Positions 57,361 to 64,000 of a stretch of DNA of 64,000 nucleotides are shown here, in pieces. Source of the DNA: a virus. Lineage: Duplodnaviria > Caudoviricetes. The DNA lies in the IMG/VR virus record IMGVR_UViG_3300021400_000949, positions 15,880 through 79,879 of that record, one strand, 5' to 3'. Position numbers and translations under genes: made by a program. How positions within the stretch are numbered: the first letter of the stretch is position 1; each line of letters begins with the position of its first letter. The notes beneath the pieces were generated by a model. It saw only the letters and a list, made by a program, of their open reading frames with translations, did not search any database and was not told where the DNA came from.

Positions 57361-58837
57361 TTACGCCTCCTTGATTATCTAATGACACTTCATTAGCTAT
57401 TGTCTTTTCAGACTTTTCATCTGAACTCTTTTCCGGCGCCCCAACACTGTTTGCACTTTGTGTATAAGCCGATTGCAAAGGTTTGAGTTTTTCGCCTAAC
57501 TTCATTACATCATTTTCCAAGTCTTTTAAATTGCCCAAATCCCTTTGAGTAACGCCCAGGGCCAAAGCCGGCAGAATAAAACTGTAACCGCTCTGTGCCA
57601 GTTTAAAAGAATCAGTAATAAATGTTGATTCGTTATAATATGTTATTGGTAAAAATTCATACTTAAAATTAATATTTGTATTACTAAATACTAAATTTAA
57701 TAAGTTAGAAAGGAACATAGAATACTTATTTGCTAAATGCATCATAAAAGCAACATCATTTTTAATTGATATTTCAACTGATAAATTACCAGTTGCGGCA
57801 AATATCTAATTACTTACGCCGCCTTCATTGTAAATATTCTGAACCATCTTTTCAAGATTGTTAGACACTGCTTCAGATGTAGTCTTAGAAACTATTGCAT
57901 CAACGTCGGCATAAGTAGTTAAAACAGAAACATTCTTATTTTGTTTTAACATACCTACAGTTCCTTTATGAATAACCTCGGCTTCTTCTGGTTCAAACAG
58001 AAGGCCGCCATCCTAAAGGTGTGGTATTTTTTGAACAATAATTTTTCTAATTTCATCTAAATCACGCTCGCGCTCTGTATCTACTGTATCATCGTACTGA
58101 ATTGTTGCAGGAATTACGCTTAAAAACATTGGGAGTCCTTCAAAAAGATTGAAACATACTGCCAATTCAATAGGAAGTAAAACCCATGAACTCTCTACTT
58201 TTCCGGCGGTCCATTTACGATAATATTGTCTTATAATCTTTGGATAAGCTTCAAGCGTTGCACGCTTTATATCCTAATCCATAAAACTATCAAAATAAGC
58301 AACATTAAATTCAACAAGATCATTACCTTTTAAATCTTTAACAATTGAACGACAATACTGCGCGGGCAAGTCCATCAGTGTAAAACTTTCTTTGCCAAAA
58401 GTTTGCACAATACCATAATAATAACCATCAATTAACACTCTCAAAGAACAATTAGTAAATAAGGTCTATATAGAAGAATTCTCAATAAAATCTAATGCTG
58501 CGTTATAACGTTTTTGGATATAAGTATCAGAGAGATTTTTATTAAAAGTTGGATTAGGAATTAATACACCCATAAACTTTAATAAAGTAGCATAATATAT
58601 TAATATTCTCTTATAAAAGCCGTCTTTGTAAAAAAACGTCCTTGAAAGTTTTTGCTATTCTGAGAGGGAGCCAGATTGAATGATTCTTTCAACATCTTCA
58701 AGTGTGTAAGTACGATGAATAAAACGTTCATAATATCTTGAAACATTTCTTGCATCGTTCGCATTACTGGCAACCATCTCATCTAATGATTTTTTAAAGG
58801 AGGCCAAATCAAACTTAAAGTTTTTCTCTTGTTCCAT
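57353..58837 (-). CDS. Portal protein (TAG read as Gln), 494 aa
   Basis: Position between terminase and protease; single frame with TAG=Gln; size. Confidence 0.7.
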
Positions 58838-58839
58838 TA

Positions 58840-60642
58840 TTAATATCCTCCTGTGAAGAACACCAATTTGCGCGATTCACCAAACAAACTCTCGCGGCGC
58901 TTTTCTTTTTTATAATACTCTTCTTCTAACTCTTTAATGCGCCATAAACCGTATTCAAAAGCAGAAAATTTATCTTTTGGAAAACGAGAATTAATCTGTT
59001 CCAAAGTTATATCCAAGCCTACGCCAGTGCGCTTAAGTCGCAAATTAGCCATTTCTTCAAAAAGTTTGGTAGTCATTTCATGTGGCATTAAACGTTCAAC
59101 ACGTTCTTTCGCGGTCATTTTCTAACCAATTTTTGTTGCCATTAAAGCATTCTTAGCTTCTTGCTCCTTTATAAGAAAACGCACGGCACCGCTATTCATT
59201 TTTGAATAAGCATTGCCATGAATCTTTGAGTTTAAAGGGCCATTAGCTTTTAAAGAATAAAGAATTAATTCACAATCGCGAGGTTGAGTTTTTTTATACT
59301 CATCATTATTAAAAAATCCATATGGTGGATAAGCAACGCCATTGTCATCAATCTGTTCTCTTATCATTTCATCAGCCAAACCTACTCCTAAACCATTACA
59401 GTCAATTACAACTTCTTTTGGTTTAAAATCTTTAATTAGTCGTTTTATATCAATAGCCTATTGATAAAATGTTTTTGTTTCAGACTAACGTCCAAGAACA
59501 AAAAGATTAACTAAAGTAGCATAATATTTAGCTTTATTGATGTTAACTCTAAAAACACAACAAACGGTTTGGTCATTAATTCGACCAACGTCCACTGATA
59601 ATAAGTAAAACTAGTTGGCGCCTTCTCTATAAATTGCGTGTCTTTCAGGGTTCTTTATTTTTCTATATTTTTGTAACTTATCAAAATCAAACCAAGAGTC
59701 ATCACTGCCGCCACTCCATATTGAAAGATACTCTCGAGAGAAAGTTTCTTCCTAGTAAGTAGGAGACATTTTTAACTCTTGAATAAATTGTTTATCCAAA
59801 AGGCCATGCATTACTGGAATTCGATAATCACATCCCCAAATAAATGCTTGCTTTGGATTTATAATTGACATTTCTAATACGTCTATAAGTCGTCCATATG
59901 CGTATGAAGACTTGACGCCCGCCGAAGTCATATATAACTGTTGTTGGTTAGGTTCATTAGGATTAACTTCACCTCTTGCAGTACGACGTGATACGTTCAT
60001 CAAAGGAAGAACAACTGCGTTAAGTATATCACCATCATGATCGCGCACCTCATCGATAAGTCCACCGTTACGGCGGCCGCCACGTTCAGAGTCGAGCGCG
60101 CCGACAACGTCAAATATTGAACCATTTCGAAAAGTTAGCGTAACATAGTCCTTCCCAAAATTACCATCCCCAACGATCTCCTTTTTTAAAAAAGGCAACT
60201 TATCCCATATTTCATAAATTTTATCTTTTGCTATCTTTGCTGACTGGTTCTTCCCTGGCGCGCATATAAAAAGTTTTGCGCCAGGACGAAACATACATTC
60301 AAGATAAAGAGCTAAAATTGAAATAAAAGTTTTTGAAAAGGCACGGCATGCAGTACAATAATGATACCTAAATCGCATGCAAGCGCGCAAGAATATTCGC
60401 TAAAAAAAGAAAAGCGAAAAATTAGAATCACTAGGAGTAATTAAATCAATAAAAAGGTCAGGATAAGCAGTAAAAAAATTTGCATATTTACTAAATAATT
60501 CCTCGTTTTTAATCAAATACTCTTCTGTTAAAATCGCACCTTTCTCTAATTCAATTCCTTCTTTATAAAAGTGCTAAACCTAACTATTTAAATCATTTAA
60601 CTAATTGCGAAGTACTTCAATAACTTTTTTACTCATCTTCAT
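58840..60642 (-). CDS. terL: Terminase large subunit (TAG read as Gln)
   Basis: F-TAG-RIFLR (Q motif), CRAFSKT Walker A, GLIDEV Walker B, YMTSAG, RuvC-fold SVDVGR and VIDCNGLG; alternative start 60636. Confidence 0.88.
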
Positions 60643-61624
60643 TACCTCGCTCTAATACAACCGGATTAAATTCTTCGTCCTTTATCAATTCCTCATATCC
60701 AGCGTTATCATATTCATCCAAGTCATATTCCTTATTAGTATCATAATAATCTTCCAGTTCGCGCGCACTCTGTAATGACGCAATTCTTCGGTCTATTTCT
60801 TCTGATATACCAGTCTCATTAGTATAAAGACGTTGTGTAAAGTTCTAAATATTCTTCATTGTCTCATCAACAATATCACGTGTTACATCATCATAAAACT
60901 TATTGCGCCAACCTCTCTTTTCAAGCCACCTAAACAGCTCTCCAACCGAATCAAAATCAGTAGCATTCTTTACATTTTTCGGAGTAAACTCTGCCGTCTT
61001 AACCAGCTTATCATAGGAAGAAAGCATTTTATCAAAGTCATCGCCCTCTCTAATGCGTGAATCAATCTCATAAGAAATCTTACAAATCTTTTGAGCTTGG
61101 TCTACCTATAGGGCGCCGTTAACATTTTGCGTCGCAAGCAAGCCACTATATAACCCTTCAAGATAAGTTAAGGCTTCATCGTCATAATTACTGCCCCACT
61201 TTTCGCGCAATTTACGATACTTTTCTTCTCTAATTTCCGGCAATTCATCCTCGATAAGGCCAACCTCTTTTAAAGACTAAAATTGCTTATAATAGGCACC
61301 CCAACCAAGTCCCGCATACTCTTCTCCCTAGAATACAGTGGCGTAGGCACCGAATACATTATCTTCTCCATTTGTCTCTTTTAACCTTTCCCATTCTCTT
61401 GGAATAAACGGAAGGTCTGCCCACTGGCAAACCTTATCTACCGCTTCCCAATTAAACTCCTTCAACCGCAAATAATCAGTAACACAATCGTTACAAATTG
61501 GTAGCCAGCCATCATAAAAAAGTGAATGAGTTTTTGAGTAATGATCAGGTCCAAAGGTGCGGCCGCATCTACCGCAAGTGCGCGCCGCAAAAGACTTCTG
61601 TTTTGGCAACTTAGGCTCAAGCAT
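60629..61624 (-). CDS. Zn-finger protein, putative terminase small subunit (TAG read as Gln)
   Basis: CGRC..CNDC N-terminus; immediately upstream of terL; single frame. Confidence 0.55.
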
Positions 61625-61847
61625 GATGCTTTCCTGGCTGGCTAAGTAACTTTAAAATCTCTTTCTAACGCTTTGGGCGCAACTCAATAAATCTATCTAA
61701 AACCTGTTCCAAAACCTAATCAAAGGGCAAAGGTTTATCATCGCGCATCAAGTCCGCGCCAAATAATTTTGCTAACCCTATAAATTCAATAGGTTCTAGC
61801 TATCCAATCATCTTAACAAACTTCTCAAAGTTTTTTTCTTCTCTCAC
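61617..61847 (-). CDS. Small hypothetical protein (GTG start, 3 TAG read as Gln)
   Basis: Fills the gap with overlaps at both ends; open with TAG=Gln. Confidence 0.5.
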
Positions 61848-63169
61848 TTAATCTTCCCCTCCCTTATCTTCTTATCACATCTCTTACATCTATTCGAAAA
61901 TCCATCACTAGATCTCTACCTATGTACAAAATTCTCTTCATCAATAAGTAAAGTTTCGCCACAACATTTACATTGTTTAAAGTTTTCTGGATAGGGCAAA
62001 TTTTCGACCACCTTAGCATGGAATGTGGCGGCCGCGTTAATCTAAGGAATAATCTTCTATCTAAAAATAGTACTGATATAGTTAGCCGTATACGACTTCC
62101 CATATTCCTCATTTACAAGGCGCGCGATGTCCTAATTGCGCATTTTTCCTATCTTTAACCTTAAAATTCTGCCCTAAACATCATTTAAATTAGCACGCGC
62201 CGTATACCACTCTAACGTCCTTAAAAAGTCTTGTAAGTCGCTATATACGTCTTGGTCGAGTGATTCGTCCTTTAATTCGTCCAGCATTAAAAAAGCCGAA
62301 TAAACGTGTTCCAACTCTCTAAAGTCAAACACCATTAATGGTTCTTTTTCTCTTAAGTTTTTTTGTACCCAATAATCTTTTAGGGCTTCGCTTAATTCAT
62401 CTTGCGAAAAATCTTGCGGCAATGGGAAGCGTCCATTAGGAAAAAGTTTTGTCTTTTTGTTGACGAGTCCGCAAGGCGCGCATTTTGCCGCATCACTTAA
62501 ACTTAAAGATAAGGCGGGCGCCGCCATTACTTCTTCCTTAAGCGTAATGGGTGTCTTAATGGAGTCGCGCAACGTATATTGTTCGCGTCTTAACTCAACG
62601 AGTAGATGCCGCATCTTTAAATACTTAAATTGGCTTAGCTATTCGGCGCGCTCGCGCAAATGCATACGTTGTTCTTCGTTAAACTTATTTAAAAGTGCGG
62701 CGCGCGGCTCCTATGTGCGTCTCCCGTGTTCCAAATCATAAAAACTTGTTAAAAGGTCTAACTCATCAATTTGTGCCCATAACTGTTCAAACCTATCTAA
62801 TAAATGGGGCGGCGCGGTGTCGCGCATTTCTTTTCTTGAAAAAACGACTTTTGGGGTTTTATAGGGGGCTCCCTGTAAAAGTTGGGCCTCGTTAAATGTG
62901 GGCTGTTCGATGAGGGCATCGAGAGATTCGTCCTCGTGCGTGTCCCACGTTTTATTTTTTGACTCAAGCTAAATGTATTTTTCTTGCTTTACGTTAAGGC
63001 CCGATTGGGGATCTTTGCCCCAGAGGACGTAGTTGGCCATTAACTCTAATTCGTCTTCGGTAGGTGGTCGTAACTAAAACTCTTTTTGTTCCAAATATCT
63101 ATTCAAAAATTCAGACCTTTCACTGTTTGTGTTAAGTGAAAAGTCGAGTCGTAATCTATTTTTATTCAT
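61844..63169 (-). CDS. Putative late transcription regulator: sigma-region-4-like HTH plus C-terminal Zn finger (9 TAG read as Gln)
   Basis: First gene of the late module; ILRLKIGKMRN*DIARLVNEEYGKSYTANYISTIFR* and CKCC..RCKRC. Confidence 0.6.
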
Positions 63170-63191
63170 TTTCTTATCTCCTTATATTATA

Positions 63192-63220
63192 ATTATAGCA
63201 TAGAATTAGGGAGAGGTCAA
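63192..63220 (-). promoter_or_regulatory. Sigma70/A-type promoter heading the late module
   Basis: TTGACC-17nt-TATAAT, extended TGn on minus strand. Confidence 0.75.
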
Positions 63221-63283
63221 ATTTTGAGTTCGTGGGTTTAAATTTTTAATTCGTGGGTTTTGAATTTTTAGTTCGTGGGTTTT
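63219..63283. repeat. Three tandem 21-22 bp direct repeats
   Basis: Core TTCGTGGGTTT at 63229, 63250 and 63272, each preceded by AATTTT. Confidence 0.85.
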
Positions 63284-63342
63284 TGTTACCAGGTAGGGCC
63301 GAGTTAGCGTATGCTAACTGGACGTTTCCCGCAAATAACCGC

Positions 63343-63372
63343 GGTATCGTTCGGAACGTTCCGAACGATACC
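63343..63372. repeat. Perfect 30-bp palindrome
   Basis: GGTATCGTTCGGAACGTTCCGAACGATACC equals its own reverse complement. Confidence 0.95.
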
Positions 63373-63463
63373 ATACCCGTACCCGTTGAATATACGCCTT
63401 TTATATTCATAATTCATTCACATTTTGTTAACAATTTGTTCACATTTAAAACTGATTTTTTGC

Positions 63464-63491
63464 TTGCAATTCAATTCAAAATGAGTATAAT
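63464..63491 (+). promoter_or_regulatory. Rightward sigma70/A-type promoter
   Basis: TTGCAA-16nt-TATAAT. Confidence 0.55.
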
Positions 63492-63545
63492 AATAATTGT
63501 CAAAGGGATAAACAATACAGACCTTAGACGGGAAGGAAACACACA

Positions 63546-64000
63546 ATGAAAAACACAATCAACACAATCGCAAACAATTACAAAGTAACAGATTCCGGTC
63601 GTTTTGGTAAAGCTATAGAAACGGCAATCAAAGAGTATTTCAATCGCAAGAACACAAGCGTGTCCGCCGCAGGCAAGACTGACTTTATAAAGGCTCATAG
63701 GTACTATGAGATAAAGACTGGTGCTGGTGAATTAGGGCTGTTAGACGGCAAGTTAATAAAAGGCTCTTCACTTGTACTGTATGTACCTGTAGTAAACGGC
63801 AACGGCACAATAGAAGAGCAGGAAGGTTTCTTTTTAACAAGGGATAACTTTTTAAAAGCTCTTGAGCAAGCTAATCTTATAAGAACAAAAAAGGCAAGCA
63901 ACGGTACAATGAAGACTACAATACAGACCTTCTGGAATGTGAAAGCTAACAAAGCTCATAGTGCAAAAGCTTACGCAAGACTGTTAGACGCTCTGTATGA
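63546..64000 (+). CDS. Hypothetical protein, possible PD-(D/E)xK fold (3' truncated by window)
   Basis: SD GGAAGG; open frame MKNTINTIANNY.. to window end; E...TD..YEIKTG pattern; no TAG. Confidence 0.6.
   Translation, partial: MKNTINTIANNYKVTDSGRFGKAIETAIKEYFNRKNTSVSAAGKTDFIKAHRYYEIKTGAGELGLLDGKLIKGSSLVLYVPVVNGNGTIEEQEGFFLTRDNFLKALEQANLIRTKKASNGTMKTTIQTFWNVKANKAHSAKAYARLLDALY

Noticed and set aside
260-62830. GCGCG sites as the Lactococcus Chi (GCGCGTG)
   Set aside because: Almost none continue with TG, and no obvious strand polarity was seen.
28814-63169. Structural genes as pseudogenes or a decayed prophage
   Set aside because: Interruptions are only TAG, never TAA, TGA or frameshifts in the parts read; TAG falls at Gln motif positions; a CUA tRNA is present.
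63219-63283. Mini CRISPR array
   Set aside because: Period is only 21-22 bp with ~10-nt similar spacers; no cas genes.
351-63952. Short antisense or alternate-frame track ORFs (e.g. 8565..9074, 43621..44100, 55020..55373, 63253..63549)
   Set aside because: Shadows of long genes on the opposite strand or frame; no SD or motifs.

Overview
Part of a large, AT-rich (about 29% GC by eye) tailed phage genome, probably a siphovirus of a Firmicutes host (inferred from strong SD sites, sigma-A type promoters, DUF4314, Dit and a 2435-aa tape measure). It uses genetic code 15 (TAG=Gln), so the supplied ORF track fragments about half of the genes; coordinates below are re-derived by reading TAG as Gln. 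The + strand (1-28331) carries ligase, nucleases, a mini UvrD, gyrase A/B, SSB, Sak4, helicase, primase, RecJ, Pol III alpha, class III RNR, ThyX, an amber-suppressor tRNA(CUA), dUTPase and RuvC. The - strand (28366-63169) carries the virion module from a putative late regulator through terminase, portal, capsid and tail to the tail fibres. A divergent control region at 63170-63545 has phased repeats and a perfect 30-bp palindrome. Most notable: (i) TAG is absent from core replication genes and high-copy virion proteins but dense in low-copy and late genes; (ii) the suppressor tRNA has a rebuilt D/T-loop elbow; (iii) the 5-mer GCGCG/CGCGC is about 10-fold over-represented by hand count, with no explanation from the annotation; (iv) a self-contained membrane-anchored GIY-YIG nuclease plus mini-UvrD cassette. 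All counts are manual; no database searches were run.
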